Source of the DNA: a virus
Taxonomy: Duplodnaviria; Caudoviricetes
IMG/VR virus record: IMGVR_UViG_3300042347_000370
Location: 1-24,282 of that record
Reading direction: 5' to 3' (one strand)
Length of the DNA: 24,282 bases
In this document: positions 8,520 through 16,344 of the stretch, one piece after another
How positions within the stretch are numbered: position 1 is the first letter of the stretch
Layout: every line of letters starts with the position of its first letter
The notes under the pieces: model-generated
Database searches by the model: none
What the model saw: the letters and a program-made list of their open reading frames with translations, nothing else
Told to the model about the DNA's origin: nothing
Position numbers and translations under genes: made by a program

Positions 8520-10873
8520 TACATACCCTTCTCTATTATCTTAATACCTTTACGTACCCTAATAGACTTACCATTCCTAAAGGCTACTACTGGGTCATTG
8601 CTTAGTACCTTACCTAGCCTTTTAAAGAAAGCTGCTGATGTTATTTGTCTATACCCATTAACATCAGAGTATCTCTTATACATCTCGTACATCTGATCGT
8701 TAGTTACTTCATCTGTCTCTACGTTAGTAACCTCAACCCAGTCGTTACGATACATCTGCACCACATCTGCACTCTCACGATACTGATTCAATAATACTTT
8801 AGACTCATCTGCATCTTCCCACACTGGGTTAGCTAGCAGGTCACGATACTGTGCTATCATCTTGTTACATATCCCAGGTAGTTCGGTGGCCCATATCCTT
8901 TCCTTAAGGTCGGGTATGTAGGCAGCATCTCCAGGTTCAACTTTAAAATCAAATGGAATAATACTTAAGCGACGATAGAATGCAGGGGTAAAATCTCCAG
9001 TCTCGGGCATCTCATTGAAGGATATAATAAACTTAGCTTTGTTCTCTACTGTGTATTCTTGGGAGTATAGTTTCTTTACGTTCATCGAACCACCTTGGGT
9101 TAACGTCTTGAACATGGATGACTCTTTGAATACATGCTTGCTCGACTCATCGGAGAAGTTAAAGAATTTGTGCACCAACTGCAGTCGTGCTTGTTTGTCG
9201 TTGATTATTTCATTAAGCGGTAGCTTGCTCACGTTGTCATCGCCTATCACCTTTCCCAATGTTTCCATGAACACCGACTTACCATTACTACCACTACCGT
9301 ATAGGATGAGACACTTCTGTATCCAATATGAATCATACGCAAGACAGTAGCCAGCAAAGCGCATCAGCCTAGTAACAAGCCTCTCTCTGCCAAGCATGAT
9401 CTGATCTAGGAATTGATCCCACAATGGGCACGTGGCACGTGGGTCGTAGTCATAAGGGATGACGTTAAAGAATCCATACTCAGGTCCGTGAGTCATGGTC
9501 TTATTATTAATGATGTCATAGACCACGTTCTTAAAGTTAAGCATGCCCCTTGCCGTACCTGCGAACTCACTGCGATTGACCACACTCTTGCACTGCATTC
9601 GATAGACAGTCTCTTCTATCTCTGACTTCGATGCACTTGGGTGTATGATTGAAGACACCCATTCCTTAACCCTCTGCAGTTCTAGCTCTTCCCAGTGGGT
9701 GCCGTTAAATATAATGAACTGCTTGGTGTCAGCTAGTACCCTGTAGTTACGTGATAGCTGGAACTCTTTAATGATGTCGTCGTATGCTGGCAATCCCGGC
9801 TTTAGATTGCCACGCTTATCAACCTTGCGCTCTCTAAATCCAAAGTCCTTACTGGCTATGTACTCAGGTCCTTTGATCTGAATGGGTGACTTAATTTTCT
9901 GCCAGTGTGGGCACTGCTTGCACCCATCAAACATGGTAGCTATATTGCTGCACGTACGTGGACCTGCACTTGCCAGTGCTTGCTTGATCTTAGCATCTGT
10001 CTCGTAAGTATTATATTGTGGGTGCCCTTCGGATAACCTATGGGTTAGTAGCTCGCCATCCTCTAAGCGTGAGGTAATGGATACCATAGCGTACCACTCG
10101 TACTCTTTAACTAAGGCAGGTTTGTTCTTGCAATGTTGGATGAACCCACACTCTGCGATCACGGCAGGGGAGTCGGGGGTCGGGTAGTTCTTAAGGACCT
10201 CATCGGTGATGACCTCATACGTGGCGTCACCTATCCCCGCTAGCGTTACAATGTCCCAAGGCACAGGTAGTATGGTCCCCTGTACTATCTCTGCCATGCG
10301 CACTGCTTTATCTTTCTTCTTATTCAGGGTGTTAGGCATACGCATGATACGTGCGTCGTCGAACACGGTAGGGTCTAGCTCACCAGCCACGCCCATTTCA
10401 TTCAGCTTAAGGCTTATCAGATCACAGAGTACACCGTAGTGTTTCTTGTACTTATCAAAGTAAGCTACGTCAGTGATGGGTGTGTCCATGTTTACAAAGA
10501 CTTGAACCCCATGCCCACTAAAGATTACACCTAGGCTAGTGACTGGCACCTTAACGACTGACGCCACTGCAGTGGCTACCTGCATACACGTGGTTTTATA
10601 GTTCTCGTTGTATGTGATGTTGTCTATGTCAAAGCAGATGGTGCGCATCTCTGCCATCTTACGCTTGGCGTCCTCATAGCAGTGAGCCATAGTGAAGTAA
10701 ATATTATACCGCTCTGCCTCGGGTATCTTATTAACTATCTCTAGTCCTTTAGGTCCGAAGACATCTTGGATAGAATCCAGACGCCAGCCCTCTTGAAAGA
10801 ACCTATCTGTTTTCTTAGTCTTGTTTGTTCTTTTATCAACGTACTCACGTAAGCCTAGTACCTGTATTAACAT
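8519..10873 (-). CDS. Primase-helicase: AEP-type primase, Cys-rich PriL-like domain and D5/P4-alpha SF3 helicase
   Basis: FDID, FSGHGVQ and RIMRMPNTLN in the primase domain. CGFIQHC...PRTC...CKQCPH form a likely Fe-S domain. Walker A GSGSNGKS, Walker B FSDE and AFYRR mark the helicase. Confidence 0.93.
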   Translation of the reverse strand: MLIQVLGLREYVDKRTNKTKKTDRFFQEGWRLDSIQDVFGPKGLEIVNKIPEAERYNIYFTMAHCYEDAKRKMAEMRTICFDIDNITYNENYKTTCMQVATAVASVVKVPVTSLGVIFSGHGVQVFVNMDTPITDVAYFDKYKKHYGVLCDLISLKLNEMGVAGELDPTVFDDARIMRMPNTLNKKKDKAVRMAEIVQGTILPVPWDIVTLAGIGDATYEVITDEVLKNYPTPDSPAVIAECGFIQHCKNKPALVKEYEWYAMVSITSRLEDGELLTHRLSEGHPQYNTYETDAKIKQALASAGPRTCSNIATMFDGCKQCPHWQKIKSPIQIKGPEYIASKDFGFRERKVDKRGNLKPGLPAYDDIIKEFQLSRNYRVLADTKQFIIFNGTHWEELELQRVKEWVSSIIHPSASKSEIEETVYRMQCKSVVNRSEFAGTARGMLNFKNVVYDIINNKTMTHGPEYGFFNVIPYDYDPRATCPLWDQFLDQIMLGRERLVTRLMRFAGYCLAYDSYWIQKCLILYGSGSNGKSVFMETLGKVIGDDNVSKLPLNEIINDKQARLQLVHKFFNFSDESSKHVFKESSMFKTLTQGGSMNVKKLYSQEYTVENKAKFIISFNEMPETGDFTPAFYRRLSIIPFDFKVEPGDAAYIPDLKERIWATELPGICNKMIAQYRDLLANPVWEDADESKVLLNQYRESADVVQMYRNDWVEVTNVETDEVTNDQMYEMYKRYSDVNGYRQITSAAFFKRLGKVLSNDPVVAFRNGKSIRVRKGIKIIEKGM

Positions 10874-10915
10874 CTATCCTACCTTAGAATTATTTGGGAA
10901 AGCACTAAGTTTGTC

Positions 10916-10944
10916 TTGACTGCTAGGCATGTGTCAAATAGTTT
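10916..10944 (+). promoter_or_regulatory. Sigma70-like promoter facing away from the primase, within a TTGAC-N12-GTCAA inverted repeat
   Basis: TTGACT (10916-10921), 17-nt spacer, TAGTTT (10939-10944). A TTGACA on the - strand (10937-10932) overlaps it. Confidence 0.55.
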
Positions 10945-10949
10945 CAATG

Positions 10950-11023
10950 CCGCACAGTACTCTTAGCCTACCTTCGATTGCTTGCACTTAGGGCTGCGTA
11001 TTAAAACCACGCGGCCCTTTTCT
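10950..11023 (+). ncRNA. Candidate ~75-nt small RNA
   Basis: Bounded by the + strand promoter and a + strand intrinsic terminator, in an intergenic gap of an otherwise - strand arm. Contains GCCUACCUU. Confidence 0.5.
10990..11023 (+). terminator. Intrinsic terminator, + strand
   Basis: Stem AGGGCTGCGT/ACGCGGCCCT with a 9-nt loop, then TTTCTATTT. One pair is a U-G wobble on + but a C-A mismatch on -. Confidence 0.7.
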
Positions 11024-11116
11024 ATTTAGTGTACAGTAAGTACACAAGCCAAGCTGCAACACCAAAGGCTAGTATGTACTTAAATATTCCAAGTGAATGG
11101 AATGCTGCTTCGTGAA

Positions 11117-11362
11117 TCACTTGCTCACACAGTCCATAACATTGGACTCCACTTGCTCTAGTATTTCATACGGATAGTCGGTGCTCATCTCACATATCTT
11201 ATCACTGCAGTGGGCTTTCTCTTGCTCAAAGCACTGCTTGATTTTGTTGAGAAGAATGTCCTCTCCTTTGCGCATACCGTGCACTCCAATGGACACAGTC
11301 ATTACTATAAGTACAACCATACACCATGCAGCGACGGCTTCCCAACTTATATAATTTCTCAT
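11117..11362 (-). CDS. Small membrane-anchored hypothetical protein
   Basis: N-terminal hydrophobic helix AVAAWCMVVLIVMTVSIGV and three more Cys. Preceded by AAAGGTAG. Confidence 0.65.
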   Translation of the reverse strand: MRNYISWEAVAAWCMVVLIVMTVSIGVHGMRKGEDILLNKIKQCFEQEKAHCSDKICEMSTDYPYEILEQVESNVMDCVSK

Positions 11363-11434
11363 AACTCTACCTTTCTTGGACGAGTGGGCATCAACCTACT
11401 TAAAGATGTCTAGCCCACTGCGACTCAATGATTC

Positions 11435-11617
11435 TTATTTAATCTTAACCCATCCAGCTTTGTGCGCTTGCTGTGCACTACCGAATGCATCCTTTAGTTC
11501 ACGACCTGTAGTCTTGTGCTTGAACTTAAGCACTCGCTTCGCTGAATTCTTAGGGTACTCATACCCTGCAACAAACAGCTGGCCTTTAAACTTCTTTGTA
11601 TTTCTCCACTCGTTCAT
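11435..11617 (-). CDS. Small basic hypothetical protein
   Basis: 60 aa; SD AAAGGAG directly after the E1 stop codon. Confidence 0.7.
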   Translation of the reverse strand: MNEWRNTKKFKGQLFVAGYEYPKNSAKRVLKFKHKTTGRELKDAFGSAQQAHKAGWVKIK

Positions 11618-11628
11618 ACGTAACTCCT

Positions 11629-12297
11629 TTATTGAAACATCTGTACGTTATTAGATGACTTGTTTAGGTTCATCAGTATTGACTTAGGATGTGGCTCATC
11701 GGCAAGAATATTCTTCACTGCCTTGCACACCATGCTGCCTGCCGTCAGTGCTGTATAGATGGTGGACTTAGCGGTGCACCTCTCTGCTACTGCTTCCGCA
11801 TCAGTGTATAGTGTCTTGCCGTACGACTTAATGCTATCCTCACTGCGCATGTTGACCACGTACTGGTTGTACACCTCTGCCCCCATGCGTGTGTCGATCA
11901 TCCACTTGGCCTTAAGCTTAGTGTGTAGCTCGCGTCGTGCTTCCATACTATCCACTGCCATAACCACGATGTCGAACCTATCCTCACTGCCTTCAAACTT
12001 ATGAAGAACTGCAGTGATCATAACTTCTGTGAAGTCATAAACCAATGACTGTAGTGCGGTGGCCTTCGGCCTACCTATATCTTTGAACCTATAGAATTGG
12101 TTGTTCATGTTGACCGTGTCCACTGTATCGAAGTCATACACCGTGATGTCATTGACACCCATCTTAGCCAGCGCAAGAGTGGCAAAGCTACCGATAGCAC
12201 CGCATCCTATGACCAGCACCTTCAGTGCCTCGACCTTGTGTACTGGTATTAGATCGGCCTGCCTCATTAAGTCTTCTCGTTTAATTATCTTGTCCAT
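11629..12297 (-). CDS. E1-like ubiquitin-like-protein activating enzyme (ThiF/MoeB fold)
   Basis: N-terminal RQ, GCGAIG nucleotide loop, DFDTVDTVNMNNQ, IGRPKA, AVDS and candidate catalytic Cys174 (ERCT). No CxxC zinc motifs. Confidence 0.93.
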   Translation of the reverse strand: MDKIIKREDLMRQADLIPVHKVEALKVLVIGCGAIGSFATLALAKMGVNDITVYDFDTVDTVNMNNQFYRFKDIGRPKATALQSLVYDFTEVMITAVLHKFEGSEDRFDIVVMAVDSMEARRELHTKLKAKWMIDTRMGAEVYNQYVVNMRSEDSIKSYGKTLYTDAEAVAERCTAKSTIYTALTAGSMVCKAVKNILADEPHPKSILMNLNKSSNNVQMFQ

Positions 12298-13166
12298 TAC
12301 ATGTATCCTTTCACTTGCATTAACTTCTCTAGTTCATACTCATATTTCATTAGCTCTTGGTATTCGTTTCGCTCTAGTGCCCTACGATACACACCCTCTG
12401 TTAGTCCTAATAGCTCTGCCTCATCAGCTACACCAAACCCCATGATGCCGTGGTTCTTAACATCCTCGTGGTGCAACCCTGCCGTGGCATACAGTTCCTT
12501 TTGTGCTAATGCAGGTAGTACTAGCTGCGCCGATGGCGTCGCCTTCCCTTCCTTTTCTTCCGCTTCTTTCTTCGCTGCGAATTCTTGCCACGATGTATGC
12601 TGTGTGTAAGCACGCTCTTTAACTTTCTCTGTGAATTCAGCATCCCATTCCGCGATGCGTGGGTCACTAGTGTACTCGTACGTGGTCTCGATGTTATCCA
12701 TTAGGTGCACGTCTAGCTGTGTAGTCTCGCCGAATGCAGTTGTCTTAACAGTAGTTACTGCCTTGGTGCACACCGCTGATCTAATAGAACCTAGCTGGTT
12801 GAACACACTGGCTACGCATAGTCCGTTCTTACCTATCGACTTGATAGTCTCGGTATCTGTACCACTCCAGAAAGTATTCATCCTAACGTGGCTATGCCAC
12901 CACCAGTTAAGGCTTAGATGCCGGGTGTCTGGGTTAGCCACGATCTTATGCATGAGCTTGCCCAATGACTTAGCGTCGATGTCAGTGTGTGCTGCACCCA
13001 CCTCTTGATCGAGTAAGAATGCATCATGTACATACACACGATAAGAGCCATCGTCATCACGGGTAATACTCGTAGTACCAAACCCCGATACTTCTTTATC
13101 TGCCTTGTGCACCCAGTGTTGAACCTTCTTATATGCCAGTTCACTAATAACCAATTTGATATTCAT
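12297..13166 (-). CDS. JAB/JAMM (MPN+) metallopeptidase
   Basis: Glu25 (KEVSGFG) and HSHVRMNTFWSGTD give HxH-x7-S-x2-D (H91, H93, S101, D104), followed by a long C-terminal extension. Confidence 0.9.
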   Translation of the reverse strand: MNIKLVISELAYKKVQHWVHKADKEVSGFGTTSITRDDDGSYRVYVHDAFLLDQEVGAAHTDIDAKSLGKLMHKIVANPDTRHLSLNWWWHSHVRMNTFWSGTDTETIKSIGKNGLCVASVFNQLGSIRSAVCTKAVTTVKTTAFGETTQLDVHLMDNIETTYEYTSDPRIAEWDAEFTEKVKERAYTQHTSWQEFAAKKEAEEKEGKATPSAQLVLPALAQKELYATAGLHHEDVKNHGIMGFGVADEAELLGLTEGVYRRALERNEYQELMKYEYELEKLMQVKGYM

Positions 13167-14968
13167 GTGTCACTCCATTGCGCTATCGCGCTTCGTGTAA
13201 TAGGACGCCATCCATCCATGTGGGATGCATCCTTGATGTAAATGTTTTCATCGCACCGTTGATCGGTGCCCTCATAGTATCGTGCAAAGATCTGGTATTT
13301 ATACGTATCACCATGTGAAGGTAGTACCTTATGTTCTATGTACTCATCTGAATACTTACCTATCACCCATGCCAGTGGTTTAGTATCACGCGCTGGCTGA
13401 AATACTTTCTTCATGCTCTCGTACTTAGTCTTGTTCCTAAGTAGATCGAACTGAATTAGCTTGCGATAAGGTGAGCCCGGATTGTAGTCGGATAGTATTG
13501 ATCTAACTATCTTAAAGATAGTGGATAGCTTAGCCGTCTTGCGTGCTGCCTCGTACGCATCACGTCCAGTTCCCCAACATACACTACCACTGCCGTTAAC
13601 ATGTGGATGTCTATACCCATCAATGACTAGGTTGTCCGCTAGTGGGTGTACATCTACACTGCCATCGTGCCAGTAGAATGATACCATGAATGTACCCATG
13701 AGTACGTTCATTGGTTTAATATCTGGGTGTTGGCAGTACACTTTATCCGTTGAGAATGTTATTGCCTCGTCATCTATCTCCATTAAATCCCAGTACCCAT
13801 CTGCAAGTAACGTCTCAACTTCTTTAGTTAGGTCCTTGTTCATGGTCATGTTAGCTAGCATGTTGTCTATCTCATCCTGCAATCTATATAGCTTAGTGTA
13901 CTGCTCACTCAATGATCTATTAAGACCTTCGATGTTGACATTAGTAGAGACGAGTGACTTAACCTTGGCCTTGTACTCGGGAGAATTCTCCACCGAATAG
14001 GCACGTGCTATAAGCTTACGCTGCTCTTCTGTTAGTTGCTTAGGGCTGCGTGGTGCACCCTTCTTAGCTATGATATACTGATTGATCTCACTCTGCGATT
14101 GCAGTGTGTTCATGTGGGTGATGTCATCATTCGTGAGGCGTACCCCAATGAGCGATGCCATGATTTTACCCTTATCTACCAGTGGTTTATTCGCACCACT
14201 TGGTGCTACCTTTTCTGCCTGCATTGTATCTCCTTCCTCGCCTACCGATGAGGGGTTTGTTTCATTATTAAATTGTTGTGCTACCACGTCCGCTAATCTA
14301 TCAACGAACGGTCGCATGAAGTTATCCATCGGGCTTACTGCTACCTCGTCAACGATAGTATCAAAGAACGACCTGCCCCTTAGTCCACGTGACTCTGATT
14401 GCAGGGTGTTGTATTCATTTATCAACCTAGCCTGATCGCGTGAATAATCTAATGGTGAGTGTGTGCGCGCCCTCTGCTCTAGTATCGTGCGTCGTGTGCT
14501 GTCCATCCTCTCTTGTTCTTCATCCGTTGGTGGATAGTACCCTCTAAAGTGTACCGCATCGCCTTCACTAGCTGCTACCCATGTGCCGTGCTGCGTGAGG
14601 TGATAGTCCCATCTTATGCGTGGCACTTGTTGTCTCTGCTCGCGTGGGTCTGCGAATCTACCAGTGAATTCACGTGTATATTCCGGTGACTCTGGTGTTA
14701 CAACCTCGCTGTTAATTGTCGCAAGCCTACGAGTAAGCCACTCCTCTAGTCTGTATTGTTCTTGCCCATCGCTTGGTTCATAGGCTAACACTGCAGTGGG
14801 CTCCATCATTATAGCGATGCAGAATTCTCGTGCCTCTTCCGCTGTCTCAACTGTAGTGTACAGTGTCCATGAATTATAAAATCCTGATGTGTTTGTTCTT
14901 TGTAATCTATATATGCGAACGCGCCGAGTGATGCTGTCTCGTGGTTCATTAGCCCACATGTATGTCAT
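13163..14968 (-). CDS. Multidomain protein with a prokaryotic E2 (UBC-like) conjugating domain
   Basis: HPHVNGSGSVCWG (Cys464) matches the E2 HP(N/H)-x4-G-x-x-C signature, followed by a helix ending LSDYNPGSPY. A coiled-coil-like stretch precedes it. It lies between the Ubl and JAB genes. Confidence 0.8.
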   Translation of the reverse strand: MTYMWANEPRDSITRRVRIYRLQRTNTSGFYNSWTLYTTVETAEEAREFCIAIMMEPTAVLAYEPSDGQEQYRLEEWLTRRLATINSEVVTPESPEYTREFTGRFADPREQRQQVPRIRWDYHLTQHGTWVAASEGDAVHFRGYYPPTDEEQERMDSTRRTILEQRARTHSPLDYSRDQARLINEYNTLQSESRGLRGRSFFDTIVDEVAVSPMDNFMRPFVDRLADVVAQQFNNETNPSSVGEEGDTMQAEKVAPSGANKPLVDKGKIMASLIGVRLTNDDITHMNTLQSQSEINQYIIAKKGAPRSPKQLTEEQRKLIARAYSVENSPEYKAKVKSLVSTNVNIEGLNRSLSEQYTKLYRLQDEIDNMLANMTMNKDLTKEVETLLADGYWDLMEIDDEAITFSTDKVYCQHPDIKPMNVLMGTFMVSFYWHDGSVDVHPLADNLVIDGYRHPHVNGSGSVCWGTGRDAYEAARKTAKLSTIFKIVRSILSDYNPGSPYRKLIQFDLLRNKTKYESMKKVFQPARDTKPLAWVIGKYSDEYIEHKVLPSHGDTYKYQIFARYYEGTDQRCDENIYIKDASHMDGWRPITRSAIAQWSDT

Positions 14969-14988
14969 TATGCCTACCTTATGTACGA

Positions 14989-15018
14989 CCAGTGCACACC
15001 CATTCAGATGTGCACCAG
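14989..15018 (-). promoter_or_regulatory. mRNA hairpin between the Ubl and E2 genes
   Basis: On the - strand, CUGGUGCACAUCU-GAAU-GGGUGUGCACUGG forms 13 bp including four G-U pairs. No U-tract follows. Confidence 0.6.
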
Positions 15019-15029
15019 TACTCTATTAC

Positions 15030-15239
15030 TTACGCACCTTTTACTTTTTCAGATAGTGTTACCACTGCATGTGACTCAAGTTGAATCGACATATCTGATT
15101 CGGGTTCACCGTTTACAGTAGCAGCATACCCTCTATAGGCAGCGTCTAATGCAAGCACGTCCCCTAATGTAGCACCGTCTGCGATGTCAAACGATTTCAA
15201 TTCACCGCCCATAATTTGAACGAATACTTTTTTAGCCAT
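15030..15239 (-). CDS. Ubiquitin-like beta-grasp protein (ThiS/MoaD-like)
   Basis: 69 aa: KVFVQIMGG...ATLGDVL...ATVNGE...LESHAVVTL-SEKVKGA, with penultimate Gly68. Strong SD AAAGGAG. Confidence 0.88.
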   Translation of the reverse strand: MAKKVFVQIMGGELKSFDIADGATLGDVLALDAAYRGYAATVNGEPESDMSIQLESHAVVTLSEKVKGA

Positions 15240-15275
15240 AGCTATCTCCTTTATTTCTGGTGTACGTACACCATG

Positions 15276-15695
15276 TTAAAACGGAATTACTTCCGTGTTG
15301 TTATTGTTGTCCTCATGTACTGGTATCTCAACCAGTGGTTCTATTGCAGTGGCTGCCTTCTTAGTCGGTGCTTGTATCGCACTGATGTCTTGCTTAGTCA
15401 TCTCAAGTATAGCCATGTCACGCTTGCGCTTCTCAAGTGGGGTGAGCACTGGTGTGTCCACTGTCTTGATGATATGCACTGCCTCGGTCTCATCTACTGC
15501 GGTAAAGGCAGATACTATTTCTATATAGTCCGTCTTTGCAAGTAGCTTATCAACGAATCCTTGCACCGCATAAGTGTGGTTGTCCTGCATGCTAATGGCA
15601 GGGTTAACTTGATAGACCTCGCTGCCTGCTGCGTGGTTCAAGTACAAACGTGGTGGCTTATGCTGTGATACCCTTGTTCGTATTGCTTGGTTCAT
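15276..15695 (-). CDS. Hypothetical protein directly upstream of the Ubl gene
   Basis: Start reassigned from 15764 to the ATG at 15695 (MNQAIR), which has SD AGAGG and an ATGA overlap with the upstream stop. Confidence 0.65.
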   Translation of the reverse strand: MNQAIRTRVSQHKPPRLYLNHAAGSEVYQVNPAISMQDNHTYAVQGFVDKLLAKTDYIEIVSAFTAVDETEAVHIIKTVDTPVLTPLEKRKRDMAILEMTKQDISAIQAPTKKAATAIEPLVEIPVHEDNNNNTEVIPF

Positions 15696-15928
15696 TTGAA
15701 CGCCTCTAAAGATAAGAGTAATGTCACCGGACCACACGCTATAAGAATGAAAGGCATGTACCACATATCTCTGTAAGCCTGCACCCCTGCCTTCATGCGT
15801 ATCTTAAACCGCTCTGTCTTTGTGAACTCATCCTGTCTATTGATGCTAATGTATATGCTTCGTGCTTCGAGGATAAGGAATCCCAGTACACCGCATGCAC
15901 ACCAGCCTAGTAGTATCTGCATTATCAT
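15692..15928 (-). CDS. Small membrane protein with two hydrophobic segments
   Basis: ILLGWCACGVLGFLIL and WYMPFILIACGPVTLLL; ATGA coupling at both ends. Confidence 0.65.
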   Translation of the reverse strand: MIMQILLGWCACGVLGFLILEARSIYISINRQDEFTKTERFKIRMKAGVQAYRDMWYMPFILIACGPVTLLLSLEAFK

Positions 15929-16344
15929 ACCGATACCTCTATCTCTGATTGTCCCACTCGTTTGAACACTGTAGTTCCTTGGTTTAGTTGAGCAAAGTGT
16001 GCGTCATCCTTATAGTACATCGCCGATTGATACCAGCAACTACCCTTTTGGAATGCATAGATGGCAACCTTCACGGTGCGTGGTTCGGGGGTAGTGTTGT
16101 TACCCTTCACCACTAACTGGTATTGGTCATCGTCCTCAATCATCTCATCTGCTAACTGCTCGCAATCAGAAGCCACGATCAAAGAGTTACCTTCTATGTC
16201 CTCAAGTACTGCGAATAGATCACACTTGTACATGACCGCATAAACTTTGGGCCTGCCACTGTATGGTATTAGTACCACATCGAAAGGCAGGGGGGTGTTA
16301 GCATTAGCCCGAATGATCTCATGTAAATATTTCTTGTTAGCCAT
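15925..16344 (-). CDS. Hypothetical protein
   Basis: 139 aa; TAATG coupling to the upstream gene. Confidence 0.7.
   Translation of the reverse strand: MANKKYLHEIIRANANTPLPFDVVLIPYSGRPKVYAVMYKCDLFAVLEDIEGNSLIVASDCEQLADEMIEDDDQYQLVVKGNNTTPEPRTVKVAIYAFQKGSCWYQSAMYYKDDAHFAQLNQGTTVFKRVGQSEIEVSV

Noticed and set aside
10944-10974. AAGGTAGG at 10967-10974 as the RBS of a - strand minigene
   Set aside because: The only nearby start is a GTG 11 nt away giving GTG-CGG-CAT-TGA. The + strand promoter and terminator explain the region better, though this is not fully excluded.
11629-12297. ThiF/MoeB plus ThiS/MoaD as thiamine or molybdopterin auxiliary metabolic genes
   Set aside because: No thiG, moaE, cysteine desulfurase or rhodanese gene is in the window, and an E2-motif gene and a JAB gene lie between the two. 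Protein conjugation fits better.
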